NCBI RefSeq assembly: GCF_001194135.2
Contig: NC_068983.1
Location: 70,179,273 to 70,243,272, forward strand
Length of the DNA stretch: 64,000 bases
Direction: 5' to 3'
Source: Octopus bimaculoides
Taxonomy: Eukaryota
How positions within the stretch are numbered: position 1 is the first letter of the stretch; each line of letters starts with the position of its first letter. The position numbers and the translations under genes were made by a program. Below, piece by piece: positions 63,300-64,000 of the stretch. Below the pieces are notes generated by a model. It saw nothing but the letters and a program-made list of their open reading frames with translations, did no database searches and was not told where the DNA came from.

Positions 63300-64000
63300 A
63301 CATACATTGGCTTTGAAATGCTCTGTTGAAATAAGTCGTTGGTCTTAAATGAGAGCATGGGTATTTTGATTAGATCTAGAGTGTAACAGTATGCTAGTCT
63401 GAAATTGGAATTTCATATCTTTTCTTATTGTTGGTTAATTCATTATTAACTGAAGCATTTATTTGTAGTTATGTACTGATTTATCTAAGTACACATCTCT
63501 GACTATGGGTAGACTCTTATCTGTGCAAATCTTTTTTTCTTAATTAGAGACAGATTGTGCATACATATTGGAATAGATATAGTTTCAATTGTTCTTTGAC
63601 TATCATTGATTTTAATTAGAATCTTCATATTTTTTCTCACTGTGTTTGTTTCTACCCAATTTGGTTTTAGGAAAGCTAAATTATTGATCCTTTCTGCGAA
63701 TGCTTGACATGGTCAAACATTTTGGAAGGGTCAAGGATTCTTGGCTGATATAACAACTAACTATTAGTGAGTTAACAATTTCTAGTTCTACATTAGCAAC
63801 ATCTGGTGTCAAACCTAATGTGAAACCAAAAGCTTCCATGTGGAATGAACATGCAAGAAATCTTGAAACAGTAAAATGTCACTCAAATCATATCCCATAC
63901 TTTAAAAAGAGAAGGGTACCATAATTAATGTACTGTGGGATATATAAAAAATTAGGATGCTTACATCTAGAATACATCTGATAATAGGACTGTCAGTTCA

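Noticed and set aside
1-64000. Preceding (MQDE...KSF.SKIPSVF) and following (TPYFWPSN) RGS exons; CRISPR arrays, rRNA, prokaryotic features
   Set aside because: Not found by manual scan; exons may lie outside the window or in gaps. Sequence is eukaryotic and the repeats have no spacer-repeat structure.

Overview
This is AT-rich, microsatellite- and repeat-dense animal DNA from a gapped draft assembly. The SINE/RTE repeat landscape suggests a cephalopod, probably Octopus (inference). The window lies inside one large plus-strand gene of the R7 RGS family (RGS6/RGS7/EGL-10-like). Only two DEP-domain exons are visible (21861-21911 and 52168-52274), separated by a ~30 kb intron. That intron holds an intact, intronless CCM2/malcavernin ORF on the same strand (probable retrogene). 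It also holds a two-ended internally deleted Helitron, a decayed Tc1, a Penelope-like element, a Tx1/L1-like LINE fragment and a 559-bp near-perfect palindrome. The most notable signal is a cluster of hammerhead-ribozyme elements at 35.6-37.5 kb. One is a CpG-rich 361-bp tandem unit whose core folds as a minimal type I hammerhead with a compensatory U3-A8 core pair and a long rod-like stem I (candidate non-LTR retrozyme / circRNA precursor). Next to it is a tRNA-headed SINE-like element ending in a Penelope-type hammerhead. The rest is RTE, R4/Dong-like and CR1/L2-like LINE debris, several tRNA-SINE families, small MITEs and simple repeats. Most ORFs in the supplied track are microsatellite or gap artefacts. 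All homology calls come from my reading of motifs, not from database searches, and boundaries of decayed repeats are approximate.
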